From Perna viridis (lineage: Eukaryota), in assembly GCA_037379345.1 (NCBI GenBank), contig CM074524.1, positions 18,286,750 through 18,350,749 of the forward strand: a stretch of 64,000 nt of DNA, read 5' to 3'. Within the stretch, counting starts at the first letter, position 1, and each line of letters starts with the position of its first letter. Under the pieces are notes generated by a model. The model was given only the letters and a program-made list of their open reading frames with translations, had not been told where the DNA came from and did no database searches. Of the stretch, positions 1 through 14,600 are shown one piece after another. A program made the translations under genes and the position numbers.

Positions 1-2417
1 CTTATCGAGGGATATACCATAAGAGATTGAAAACTAATTTATAGAAACCCATGGACAGATCGTTATAATTTATAACTGTGGTATAGATGGTCCCTTGTGT
101 ACTGTAGAAATTGAAATTTAATGACAGAATTTTAATAACAGTGTAATTGATTGTTTCAGATAACTATTGCTTATCAAGGCCTGACACATTCTTTATGTAT
201 ACTGAGGTGGACACTTAGGGGACATTTTCTTGCTTATGCCCTGGATTTAACTTCTATTTGTTTTGGATGAAGTGGTGGTCCAAATATTAATCATTATACC
301 GTGTTAGTTACATGTATTATGGTTATCAGCCATTTATTAGTGATGAACATTCCTAATGAGATTTGATTTTGGAGCTTAAGTGTGGATTAATTGCCTTGAA
401 TGACAAGGACTAGGTTTGAAATGACAGTATTTTTGTAACCTTTTAGAGTGCATTATTTCCCGTCAATTTACCTACCAGCTTTAGGAAGAAAGTGTAATTA
501 AACGTCTTGATATGCAATCATTTTTAAAATTAATATCCAAACAAATGACATAATTTGAACATTGATTGATGTTTTATTTATATAATAGACTGAAAATAAG
601 TTCTTGACATTTGGGTGAAAATATTCCTAGATCTTATCTTCCATAGAAACCAACATTGATTGCTAACAGAGAGAGATAGTTACATCTCTGATGAGCTGTA
701 ATTGGACAATAAATTATTACCTAAACAATCAAAGGGAAATTACTCCTTAAGAGCTTCATGTCACATTGATATTTTCTAGCAGCATTTAAAAGCAAATTGG
801 GCTATAGTATGAATTAGGTCGTGATTTTGATCTTTGACAATCGAGCATTGTTATTTTTTTCACTGAGAAGACGATTACCAACATGTTGACAATAAGCCAT
901 TATGACATGTATCTCATGCTATTGTTCTTCAAAAATTTATCCAGGGCAACTTTGAATTAGTGTTCGAAATACAAGCACTTGACGGCTTTTACAAACACTT
1001 AAAACTTGCAATTGGTGATAATACAGGCTCTCCAGCGATTTTAGATCAGGACTATATTTGACACTTCTACGTCAAACAATTTTCGGTCAATTTGACAAAT
1101 CACCTCTTGAAAATAGAAAGGACACCTTGTGTAAACACATTGGTAAAGCAATTCAAAGGAGTCATAACATTGATCAGAAAAAATCTGTTTGAATATTGGA
1201 TTTTGTGCGTTTAATGTCGTATCTCTGTTGGTTTTTGAAGTTTTGCACCATTGCATAATCAATTACGTTAAATTAAGTTGTTCGAAAGTTGTACAAACAA
1301 CTTTGAACCTCTTCACCACTGCGTTTTAAGTCTCCCTGCATGTGTTTGCTTAGAAAGTTTTAAGAGGATAGCAAAACATTGCATTAATGTTTTATTGGAA
1401 AATTCTTCCCATGCATGGTACCACTCAACATGCATTGTGGTTTATTACAGTGGAGTAGATTCATTTTTGAAAGATGTGTTTTAATTCTTTGAACTATTTG
1501 GTTTATATATATATACATATAAATATATATAAAAGGAAATGCTTTATTAAGTGATGGTTTCATGAAAAGGAATTAATTGTTTGATTTCTCAGTTCATGAG
1601 ATGGTAGATCTCTATAGGACTTAATTATGACGGTTAAATGATGGAGCTGTTACAAGATGAGTTCTAAATGCAACGCTGTTTAACTACTTTTAAAGATAAG
1701 AATCGGACTTTTTATTGATAAATCATATGTTTTATTAAACTTTACGAAACAACTTCCTTTAAGTAGATGATGATGGTTGTGTACTAAGTTTAAATTGATG
1801 TCAGAATTAATGGACCATTTTATGATGTCGAAATCGGGGATAGAATTAAAATGAAATGACATTTTTAGGTGTGGTGTTGTCATCTTCTATTTTAGTTTAA
1901 ATAGGTAAAAAACTTAAACATCATTAATTTTCTGTTAATACGTAAAAATTGGAATGATATGACACGAAAATTGTCTCAATATGAATACTGATTCTGGAGA
2001 TGTTGAAAAGGGGCATAAAACTAAACAGAGTATCAAGATAGACAATCTGGGCCCTAATAACAATTTCCGGAGAAAATCACTGAAAATAGCTCATCTGTAT
2101 CTTTCATCAGCTTCTTTAAGACGGAGACCAACAACTGTGGATATCGGTGAACAGTTTGAAGAAAAACCATCCACAACTTCGGATAAAAGTCATGCTTCCA
2201 GGGAATAAGTGATCATGTGATTTTAGGCTTTTTGTGCAATAAATGTCGATATTCAGGAGATTACAGATTATTTCTGTTTAAACATTTCGGTTTCTTGATA
2301 TTTTTTTTTCATTGGAACTTGGGTAGTGTAAAATGGTAGCAGTGCTTCATTTGTATACTGAACATTTATAATGCAGCATTTAGATAGTAATTGTTTCTGA
2401 TCAAATAGAATTTCAAG

Positions 2418-2676
2418 ATGGCAGTCTTGGCTACTGAAAAGACTAAAATTAATTTGTATCAATCCCGTAATGACCTATTAAAGACTAGCTATTGGAATTA
2501 TTCTGAACAATTAGAGGATTTTATAGCCAGATATAAGACTAGGCCACCTGATATTAAATTTTGGCCATACGGACCTTATTGGCCAAAATATCATGAAAGG
2601 GAGATTCTTGAAACACCAAGATTTCTAAAGACTTCACCAAATTTTCATGAAAGATTTCTTGATAAATTGAAAGAAG
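2418..2676 (+). CDS. AGBL2: CCP2/3-like exon 1 (MAVLATEK...DKLKE)
   Basis: AAGATGG start, open frame, AAG|GTAAGT donor, phase 1 matching exon 2. Confidence 0.75.
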
Positions 2677-5600
2677 GTAAGTGGTTATCTACCTTATTTT
2701 ATTTTGTATGAAGTTGTCTCCCTTGATGATGTTTGTAAGGTAAGTAAAATGATAAGTTATGTGCTATTCATTTGATTTGATTTAAAAATAGGTAAGTACA
2801 TTTTGTTTCCAGGCAAAACTCTTTTACTGATACACTTAAAAACAGATGAAATTTTTAAGCTATGAACCAAAAACAATATTTTTCTCCCATTAAGTCTTTT
2901 TGTCCCTCCCCCACTTCTTTGTGGCAGAGGACATAGAAATTCTGTCCAGCCACACTTTTGGGTGCAATTCCTTAGGATCTGCTTGATGGATTTTGTTCAT
3001 ATTTTGTAGGATTGTTATTGCGCCACCATTTTAATTCAACAAATTTTCAGGAGTTATGGCACTTCAACTTTTTTGCGGTGGTGGGAGACATATGGCTACA
3101 ACTTGCTAGTTGGAAGATATGAATAAATGCTAATGACCTGAAGAGATCTTAATTATATGTATTTCTTACCAAAGTACACCACAGTCATGACTGATTCAGA
3201 GAAGTCACAAGACCTTTCCTAGATAAATCAGAAAAACTTTTTTGAACTTAGAATGTGCAAATTGTCTTTCTTTTAAGAAATATTATGAAGCTTTATTTAT
3301 ATATTAAACAGAAGTTCCCACAAGGACCAATTTCCTCTGATCCATTTGTCTTTCAGTCAGCAGTGCAGAAAGCATGACTGACCCTTCAAGATTACAGATA
3401 GAATTTTATCACTTTTCAAAATTTTAATTTCAAGATTTCAACACTTTAAAAGCTTTAAGTAAAAGTAAAGCTATCTTTCCAGGCATATAAAATTGAGAAA
3501 ACTAAATGCATTTCTATGCACCAGTTATTGGAAATGATACATAGAATTTTGTATGCACAATATAATACATGTAGAATCAATTTCATCCCCGGAGAACTAA
3601 ACATAGAAATACATCTTGTTATAAATTTAATAATGCTGCTTCAAAAATCATATTCTTTTGATTTTCTGATTGTTAGAAATTGATTATCTTGTGGGAAACA
3701 TCTTTAATTTGGACCATAGTTTCATATAATGTTGTTTGTATAAGTTTGCTAATGATCCACATTTGTCTTTAAGTACCCAATATAGATTTTTATAAAATAG
3801 GAAGGGTATGTTAGGTAATAGTTTTTGGCCCTCATATAGACACTGATAAATGTTTTTTTTCTATTGTTTTCAAAATAAATACATGTATTAAATGCTGTAT
3901 TGATTTCTAAAACATTAAAAGACAATGCTCTTGTTCTATATTTATGCACTTCCTACCAACAGCATGAGAAAATAATCTGTTTAAAGTGGCCCATGGGCAA
4001 AAACAGTATCTTGTTATCTTTTAGGACTGTTAATGGTCTCAATGATAATAAAGAAGCAAATCAAATATGTTTAAACTATAAATAATTATAAGGTTCCAAG
4101 CATTGAAAAAGAATATAGAAAAATTTAACTAGAAAGATAGAGCTGTAAATGACACCAAATAATTTATATTAAAAAAAAACATAAAAAAGGATTTGTTTAT
4201 AATTTTTGACCAAATTATGTGAAATAAACCAACTTTTGGGCAGTTTACACTTCAATAACCAAAGTGGTTTATCATCCAGGGTAAAATGTCCCAAAGTTGG
4301 TAATTCAAGCATAACTTGGTCAAAAGTTAAAATATATACTTTTAATAAAGTTCCGAAACAGCGTCTTATGTTTGAAATTCACTCTAGATGCTTCAGCCAG
4401 CCCTCTTAGAAAAAGTAAGAATCTTGCAATGTTGGGAAAAAGTGAATGATTTTACGAGATGTCATTCAATCGTTAAATGACGTTTGATTTGAATAATGTC
4501 CAAGAATTTTGAAAAGCCTGTCTACAACGGTTAGTAAGAGAGGAAACAGACGAAACGGACGACTGCCGCTGCATGGAGCTTGACTTTTAATATGATTTCC
4601 GTTTAGTTCCAGTCAAAATTAAGATTTATTCCTTCATCAAAGCTTTAATTAGTTCAGAATTATTTCAATAGGGGACTAATCAAGGTTAATGACGTCATGG
4701 TGACGAGTTTGTCTATGGAAAAGAATGGATCTTGCTGAAAAAAGAAATAATCAATCAGAGGGCTTATTACAAATCAAATTATTCTTAAAATTATTACAAC
4801 ATATGAAAATTTGCCGTATATATATTTATTGGTTGATAAATTTTGCAGGTTTTATTATTATACTGTTTTTTTCTTGGTATTTTTTAGTAGGGAATGAAAT
4901 TTTCTGCTAATCTCTGTCTATTGCATTGATCAATGTTTTAAAGCACCTGTCAACAGATCATATTAGAAGAATTTGTTTTTTTTCATTCTGAGTATACAGA
5001 TTTTTGACACAAATGTTCTATGTGTTTCAGAGCAGCTGTTTATTTTTCTTGTTTATTCAATCCCATGGTTACTCATGTATATTTTTCTGTCGTTTGTGTG
5101 AATATTAGATAATATGATATTTTAATAGAATTTTTATGATTTAATATCAAACAAACCGTTTAAGTTTCTACCACAAATTAAGTTGTATTAACTATAACTT
5201 TAAGAAATTCATGCAGTAAAATTAAATTTTTCAGTAAGTTTACATTTAATTCAGGTATAAAATATTCTTTCATGTTTTTATATAAATTTTTATTGAGACA
5301 TAATATTGGTATAAAGCAGTCAATTGAAGCATTTATTGGAGAATTTACTTCAAATGAATAAAATGTATAAAACAGTTGATTTAACATAAAAACCGTCACA
5401 CAGATATTGTGTAACAGTCGATTAAACTTTGGTTTAACTGTCCCTGCATCCACCACCACGAATGTGTAAGTGAACTCTGCAAGACAGGGATTTCCATGTA
5501 CAAGTATTACTTACTTTATTTATAACAGTGACATATCAAAGTTAGGTTCATCTCCTTAAAACCCACTGAAATGAACAAAATATGAAAATGAAGTCTGCAT

Positions 5601-8600
5601 CATAAGACTTTTTGCTAAATTATATAATTTAATTTTTAATGCTTTTTTGCTTTACTGTATCATCACAAATTTAGTCAGATCACCACCCTGCTTAGAAACG
5701 AACCTACAGATCATTAAATTATCACAACTGACTGACAATTTCCACACATCCCACAATGGGTTTCCAAAATGTATTTCAAACTTAAGACTTCTTAAAGAAT
5801 CTTTGTAAGTTAATATAAGTCACTCTAAGTATTCAGGCAATGAGAACCAATTTAAAAACGTAAATGACAGCTATTTTTCAATAGCTGTCCATTAAAGGAC
5901 AACTCAAAGAATGTATATACTTAAACATTTATTTCCTTATTCAGTGTTTAAATTCATTTTTGTTTTGTGTAACCTGTTTCCATTGATATTTTTTGCTGGG
6001 TTTTCTTTTTTTTTTGTAAAGCAGCTGCAGCCCCATTACTTACCAAGACTATAGCACTATGTACAAGGAGTAATATTTCCGTAATACAAAACCACCTGTC
6101 ATGGTAGACATACCATCTGACCAATGTTTACTTATATATTAAACCATCTATGAGTTTACATCTATTATTAATTTGCGTGTATTCCTTGTTCTTCAATTTT
6201 GACAGGCTTAAGTTTATTTTAATGAATATCTGCTTGATATGAAGGTAATTAGATACCACAATATAACCATAACAGACAGATGGACTTACATGGTTATGTG
6301 GTTTGAATCTAGTACAATCAAGTTTAATAGTACCTAAATATTTTTTTATATCCCACTACATCATGTGGCTAGGTATTTGTGAGTTTCTCCATCCCTTAAC
6401 AGTTTCCAGATGTTAACTTGAGAATAGCTCAATGATTTTTTTTTTAGAAACTTTGCACAGTTGCTTCGTACCATAAAATAAAGATTAAGTTAAATTTTCA
6501 GCAAAATTCAGTTTTCAAGTTAGGCCAGATTGATTATTTTGCCATCTACCTTTTTGTCACCAATACCTGGCACTGGGTATCACTTAATGTTCCATTAATG
6601 CCCTATTTTTTGGGGGTCATGTTTAGAAATTTAGATGGAATTCAAGCCAATTGAGCTTCATGTTAAATTCACTACATGTATATTCATGTGAAATTTCTAG
6701 TTTCCGTACTTTTGTATATTTATTTTAAGCCATTTTAACAATAGTAGTCTTAATCCACCACTCAACCATTCTAAATGTATGTTTTACTTCCTTCACTCAG
6801 ACGAAGAGTTTTATGAAATTCTATCTTTAACCTGTGTAAAGGTTGGAACCTCTTCATTCCTACTATCTTTACTCTGTATTTTCAGACCAACAATTTCCAA
6901 AAACTTACGACAACCAAGTCACACCATACACATCAAAATGGCGAGGGGTACTAATTGTATATGACTCAGAGAGAAGTAGTCGAGACCGACAGCCACAGCC
7001 TGTACCTGATGGCTGTTGTCCGAACCTAGTCTTTGAATCTCGATTTGAGAGCGGCAATCTACGGCAAGCCAGGAGAGTGTAAGTTTTAATCTCCATTGGT
7101 TCACTTACTGAAATATCCAGTGTCATCTTTTTCAGTCTATATGATATTTATATCAGAAATTTTTTTTAACATGATAAGTGATCAAATGGCAACTGAAAAT
7201 CAAAACCAATTTTGAAGGTTTTTGATAATTTTTTGGTTGAAGATGTATCTAAATAACAAATTCCTTTTTTATTTTTTTTGGTGAGGTTTTTGGAGATACA
7301 AGCTATGGTGCATTCTTGGTACCATCTTCTGATAGTGTGTTCTATATTGCCGTATTTTCTTAGCCAACTCATGAGTACAAAATGTATCATTACCGTTAGC
7401 TATATATAAATACAATGCAGAAATGTAAGATAGAAATTGCATTCTGTTGTGCCCTTGGATTTCAGAAGTTATATAACTATATTGGGTGTAACATTACTGG
7501 TATTGTGTATTATGTACCTAAAACTATATTGGATTTTAAACACTTTGTTACTCCAAGTAAAATTGCCATTCTTTTCTTTTGAAAATTTAAATGGAAGTGG
7601 AGAAGCTTAGTTGAAGTAACATTTTTTATAAGAACACTATTGTTAAATTTTAATCAAAGTCACTTGGAAAAAAAATTGAGAAACTTTTGTGGTAAAACAG
7701 AATGATTTTAAATATTAATGTGATGTGAAGAGGTCCACATTTTTTGTTTATTTAATGAAAATTTCTTTCAAATATTCTGAATCACATCCATTGTTGAAAT
7801 TTGATTCTATGTTTTGAAATGTAATAATAAAGTGACACATGCTTTAACTAAATGTATTAAGCCAAAATAAGGTTTTAATCACATTTTAATGTATTTTTGA
7901 TAAGTTGAGATTAAGTGACATTCATTTTTTGAGTTGCTCTTTACTTTAAATTGGTAATTATTTCAAGGGATATATTTTTCCTGTGTGAAAATAGAAACCT
8001 TTCAATATAAGTTTTAATTTTGATCAAAAAGTAAATTTGACACAGACAATGTACTGCAATATCTGATCATGTTTGATATATTTTATTTTTACCCCATGCA
8101 AGGGAGTGTCTGGGGAATGCAGTTAGTAGCCTGTCTTTCTGTTCTCGTAGCTATGTGTTGTAAATCTTCTAATATTGTCAGAAGAATCCCTTTCAGTTGT
8201 TTAAGGAGGTAGACCTAGGGTAAGGGACACAACTCTTACAAATCATTGGAACGTTTGCATCAATCCCATGTAAGCATCAAAGAAACTTGGACTAATTTCA
8301 TTTAGTTTCTAATGAACGCTTGACTGGCTTCAGTGAAATTGATCATGATACAACATATCACTTATTTCCAGAGTTATGTCCCTTACCTTAGGTCTACCTT
8401 CTTAAGACCCCAAAAAAATCTGATGTTGAATAATGGCATGAGGTTGTCATGGTGATGTGTCATTGTTGTCTGAAAACATTTGATATCAGGACAATTACTT
8501 CAGTATAAGTATATGTATTTCTATATAATTGTTCCACGAGATGCCATATGACAAAAGAAGGGCTGGGATTGATGTTGTTGGTTTATGAGTGTACTCTTGT

Positions 8601-11600
8601 ATTATTTTAAAAAGTACATCCAAATTCAAATCATACCACATTCAGAAAAAATCATGCAAATGACATTTTAAAGAGGACACATTAGTTGGCATTTGGAAAT
8701 GTCTCAGTGAGTCCATTAAAAAATGATGATTTATATGATATCAATCAAGGATCTTATTAACCTGGTAAATGAAGTTTCTCTACTGTAGTAATGTATTATT
8801 ACATTTTAAAACATTTAGGTCACATGCACCTGTAACTTACTGAAAATAGGTTAACTACAAAGATTACGATTTTTTCTTATCAAACTTTTTATCAAATCGA
8901 TTTTTCACACCATAGTTGCCATTAAATCGTGTAATTAATACTCAAATTTATTTGGGTACGTGTTAAGGATATGTTCAGTTTTTGGCATGGTTGTGCCCAA
9001 ATTTTTGTTTAAAATAAGAATTCCTGCCGTTCATTATATGTTTCTTTGAGAGTGGAAAAGAATATGGATTTAAGTATGGTACTCTTCTGAAGAAATTGTT
9101 TTGTAGCCTTTTTTTGTATTAGTACATTGCTCAGCCAGTATATTGCTCAGCCAGTACATTGCTCAGCCAGTATATTGCTCAGCCAGTACATTGCTCAGCT
9201 AGTATATTGCTCAGCCAGTATATGGGTCAGCCAGTACATTGCTCAGCCAGTATATGTCTCGGCCAGTACATTGCTCAGCCAGTATATGGGTCAGCCAGTA
9301 CATTGCTCAGCCAGTATATGGCTCGGCCAGTACATTGCTCAGCCAGTATATGTCTCTGCCAGTACATTGCTCAGCCAGTATATGGGTCAGCCAGTACATT
9401 GCTCAGCCAGTATATGGCTCGGCCAGTACATTGCTCAGCCAGTATATGGCTCGGCCAGTACATTTCTCAGCCAGTATATGGGTCAGCCAGTACATTGCTC
9501 AGCCAGTATATGGCTCGGCCAGTACATTGCTCAGCCAGTATATGTCTCGGCCAGTACATTGCTCAGCCAGTATATGGGTCAGCCAGTACATTGCTCAGCC
9601 AGTATATGGGTCAGCCAGTACATTGCTCAGCCAGTATATGGCTCGGCCAGTACATTGCTCAGCCAGTATATGGCTCGGCCAGTACATTGCTCAGCCAGTA
9701 TATGGGTCAGCCAGTACATTGCTCAGCCAGTATATGGGTCAGCCAGTACATTGCTCAGCCAGTATATGGCTCGGCCAGTACATTGCTTAGCCAGTATATG
9801 GCTCGGCCAGTACATTGCTCAGCCAGTATATTGCTCAGCCAGTACATTGCTCAGCCAGTATATGGCTCGGCCAGTACATTGCTCAGCCAGTATATTGCTC
9901 GGCCAGTACATTGCTCAGCCAGTATATGGCTCGGCCAGTACATTGCTCAGCCAGTATATTGCTCAGCCAGTACATTGTTTTGCATGTTTGAGTCAAAATG
10001 AATAGAATACAAATATGAAATAACTCACATGTTTTGGGGATTTGTGCTGTTCATTTGTGCCCTTTCAGCTCCTTTGTCTGTTTACTTCTTGATTTTCCCA
10101 GCATTTACTGTGAAAGTACTATTGTTCATGGGGTACCAATTTTCATGGTTTCGTGGGTATGCCTAACCATAAAATTTGGTTCCCAACAAAAAGAAGAATC
10201 CCATCAACTTGTTTACTGAAAAACCTCAAAACCATGAATTATAAAATCCATGAAATTGTGTTTCTTCCCTTATCCATGAAAATTTGTATCCACTAATTAA
10301 AGTACTTTCACAATAAATGACAAGATTTCCCCTTGTTAGTACATTTAGTATTCCTTTAATTTTTGTAGGACAGAGAAACATTCTTGTAAGAACATTTGTT
10401 CTTCAATACATTTACATACCCAGAAAACATATTAATTTTTTCTGTATACAAAGGTTTCCAATTTTTGTGGTGAAAAGAAAATTTGACAAATATTCCCTGC
10501 GAAATTGACATTTAATACTATATAACACTACTCGTTTTTTAAACCCCAAAAATTGATATCAGCGGATATGTTCACTTGACAGAAAGTGTAAAAATTAGCA
10601 ACCATGAAAATTAATATATTTACAGTAACAATCTTATACCCAAGTTATCATAGGTTGGCAAAATTACAACTTTGTTTTGTGAAATAGAAGTGAATGTGCC
10701 ACAAACCAAAACCTGTGGAAGTAAACCTGGTGTAGCCTCTGATTTTTGTTGACCAAATTTCTTTTTTTCTCATTTTTCAGGGGACAGTTTGAATATGAAT
10801 TGGTGCTCAAAACAGATTTATATACGAACAGACATACACAATGGTACTATTTTCGTGTGTCCAACACAGTACCAGGTGTTGTCTACAAGTTCAGAATAGT
10901 CAATCTTCTAAAAAGAGACAGTCTTTATAACTATGGTAGGTTTAGCTAAACATTTTTAAAGGCAAATGTTCACCAGTGTCTTATAAATACAGGAAATTAA
11001 CTGTTTTGAACTTGAAAAGAAAATATCACAGTGTGTCTGATACACATGTATTAAGAAGGCATTGTGGTCTTGTGAGAGAGCAAATTACACAATTTAATAG
11101 AATTTCATTCCCGATGAAAGACACCTGAAATTATTTTTGTCTGGTCCCTATTACTACAACTTTGAGATGTAGGCTATCATTTTGACAAGGTTGTCAAGTT
11201 TTTCTTCCCACCCTTACTATTGTTCAATTAAGGTGTAATGCATTTGCTAAAGTAAATTGAAAGTGGATTAAGTTTGTCAAAAACTCAACTTTATCTCCAA
11301 TAAATTAATAGTCAAAAGTGTATGCATTTTATCTATCACTGATCTGTAGATTGTACTTTGGTAAATGCTTTAATCTGTATTACAACACATACAATGGTAA
11401 TGTTCAGAGGATAGAGTTTGTCCTTCCTTAACAATCACCTGATAAGTACTTAGTAACTGCCTTTGATACTTAGTTTAGGAGGTAGACCTAGGGTAGGGGA
11501 CACAACTCTTACAAATCATTTAAACGTTTGTATTCACCATTTTATATCAATTCCATGTAAGCATCAAAGTAACTTGGACTGATGTCATTCTGTTTCAGTC

Positions 11601-14600
11601 ATTCTGTTTCAAACGAGAGCTTGAAAGGCTTTGGTGAAATTGAATATGATACAAACGTATCACTGATTTTAAGTGTTATGTCCCTTGCCCTAGGTCTACC
11701 TCCTTAATTTGACATTTAACTTTCTATCAGACACAGATTTAAGTACCTATTGAAAAATAGAAATTATAAATTTCCCTTTTAATTGTTCAGTTAACTTTAA
11801 AAGGCAGTTCATCAAGTGATTGTCATTTTACCATGAAAACATCATCATTGTATGAGCTGTAAATTAATATTAGATACATACTTGATAGATGTAAATGGAT
11901 GAAAGATTATGTTCATCTGTATAATTAATTTTTTTTGGGGGGTAAATTGTTTGACACTGGCATGCAGTGACATTTTGGATTTTCTTATTTGCTTCAAATC
12001 CCAATTTTCCTAATGTCTATTGCAACGTGCAACTTTTAAAATTTAAAAGAGTCCTTTTTACTACTTGAAGTAGATTGAGGATTAACTGCACAGAAATCTT
12101 TTCAATAAAAGCTTGATAAAATTATTTTAGAAGACACGTGCTTGAACTTTCAATATCAGTATGATTTTACCAGTAAGTGTGTATATGTATACTAGTGTAC
12201 CAACTGATCATGTCAAAGGCAGATTTTAATAGAAATTGAAAATTGATTTTAGTTTTAGACATTAAGTGTAAGTTTTTTTAAGAATCAGGTATAATGGGAA
12301 AAATCAGGAACATGTATATCACAACCAACCGATCTGACAATGTAATATCACTCAAGGATGCTTTCTTTATTTGAAAAAACCCTTATATGATCTGCGGATC
12401 AGTGGATTTGTTCAGAAATTTGTCAATAGAATGTTAGAAAAATAGGTTTTTGACAGAGTTTTCTGTCCTTGAAAGGTTCATTTTCAGTGGATTTCACTGA
12501 AATTATAACTCATTTTTCCAAAATGATATGGAAAATATTAACTTTTTTCCTTGATTCTGATGGTGCAAATAGTCGAATTAAGCTTTCAAAATGGTGTTTT
12601 TTTATACCATGTTTCACCCACTGCCAGATCCTTACAGAGACTGAGACTTAATCCATCCATTGATTGTTTGACAAAATTTTTTTGGGATTCTTTATAAATT
12701 TAAAGTGATTGATTTTGGAATCTGTTTGCCCTACATGAAGACAGATTTCAGAGACTTTGTAAAAGATTTTAGAGACTTAATAGAACTTTAGATAATAGAA
12801 CAAGAACTTGCTGGCAGGTCAAACTTCCTTGATTATATACAACATGTGTTAGGAAGGAACATGCATACATGTATTTAACTTCTAATCCCCAATCTGTTAA
12901 ATACATTCAGCTTTGTACAATAAAGAAAGTTCTATATGCTTATGCCTTTGGTACCAATGGGGTACATAGGCCAACAACAACACTCCTCCATCTCATTCTG
13001 TTTTTTGTTGCTAGTCTGACCATGTCTTGCCACTTGTAACACCAACAAAACCTCTCCATCTAGTTCTGTTTTTTTGTTGCCAGCCTGACCATGTCTTGGT
13101 AAGCGTAACAAAATGCTTCTATTTCAGCTTATATATAATGTGCATTATTTTGTAGACCATTTACAAAATAAACATTTAAGAATAAAAGAGTCAAATAAGT
13201 TGAAAATGTGTATTAACTTGGCAAGTTTGTACCAAATTAAAAGATTAATAGATGTGGTATTACTGGTAAGTGAGTATTCGTTTAGTTTTAGGGCCTTAGG
13301 GCAGATTATTTTGAGATTTTGAGAGGGTAACATAGTTAACAAGAACCAATCTTCCCTGAGGCCCTCAACTAAATGAATACTTACCAGTACTAACAATTGT
13401 ATTAATCTCTTAATTTGGTACAACTTGCCAAGTCTGTTATTATTATTATTACTATTATTACTAAGTCATTTTTAATAAAAAAAAAAAAGAAAAAAAAGTG
13501 ATTTGATTAAAAATTTCCCTTTAATTGATTATTTGCTTTACTGAATCAGGAATTTGATGATGCAAAATAGTAATTGCTTTTTTGCTTAAAAAAAACAAAT
13601 TCTTAGGAAAAGTGTGTGCAGTAATATCTGAAATTACAGTAGACATGCAACAATTTCCAAATTTAAAGGAATCTCCTGAATATAGTGGCAATATTGCTGC
13701 TCGGGTGTTAAACCCTTACAATCAATCAATCAAATTTAAAGGAGATTTTAAGGTCATTTGTTTACTCCTGCTTTATTATTTTGTATTTAGGTTATATTTA
13801 CATGCATTTGTTTTGTTTCATCAGATCCATTCTTTTTTGCAATGGTACATGTAGTAAATGACTTATGTCTGATTTATAACATAGATTTATTTTAAAGACT
13901 TAAAGACTTTTATATAACCCTTTATTTCGATCAAGGATATAATGTAAGGAAATCTTTTTAGATAAAATGCAATAATGGAATTGATATAAAAGACACGTGC
14001 TTGAACTTTCAATAAATATTGTGGGAGTACACCTATACAAGGTTATGAAATGTGTAGAGGCACCAAGCCAAAAAAATGCCTTTTTAATTTTTGATAAAGA
14101 ACTTTGCCTTGCCAGAATCTCATGTTCAATAATGTTGCTCTACCTTGATATGGTGATTGATTTAGAAAGAATTAGAGTTTGAAAAAATACATGTATGTAC
14201 TGACCTTGTTTGTTTTTTAATGATTTCTATTGTTATATAAATTTTGATAGTTTATCGGCTGTTTTAGTAACCGTAGATTTGAAGTTTCAATATACATGTA
14301 TATGCCATACTTTATTTTGGGAAAGGTCTTCTCCAACCAAGTGATAGTTTTTATGCATCTAAGCATACCTCTTAACCCTCCCTTTTTAGGAGGGACATTC
14401 CTCTTTGAGAAAGTCTCTCACGTGGGAGACAGGAATATCCCTTTTTCATAAATTTCACAAATTTCCCATCAAAATCTCCCTCGAAGCAGAAATATGGCAC
14501 AAATTATGTTCTAAGTGGCTTATCAAATTGATATAAATACAATGTTTATGTAAAATAATAATCAATGAGAAATAATCAACCAATAATTGATCCTTTTGTT

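Noticed and set aside
5418-5465. 48-nt exon candidate with a GTAAGT donor in intron 1
   Set aside because: It has a stop in the phase required between exons 1 and 2; at most a non-coding exon.
9121-9977. CRISPR array (constant unit alternating with variable unit)
   Set aside because: The variable units are only a few point variants of the repeat itself, the unit is 16 bp, there are no cas genes, and the context is a eukaryotic intron.
9127-10005. Three long overlapping ORFs (292, 280, 183 aa)
   Set aside because: They result from a stop-free 16-bp repeat cycling through all frames, use TTG starts, and have no splice sites linking them to the gene.
13113-13423. Mirror-image ORFs on opposite strands (LYQIKRLI)
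   Set aside because: Explained by the foldback inverted repeat.
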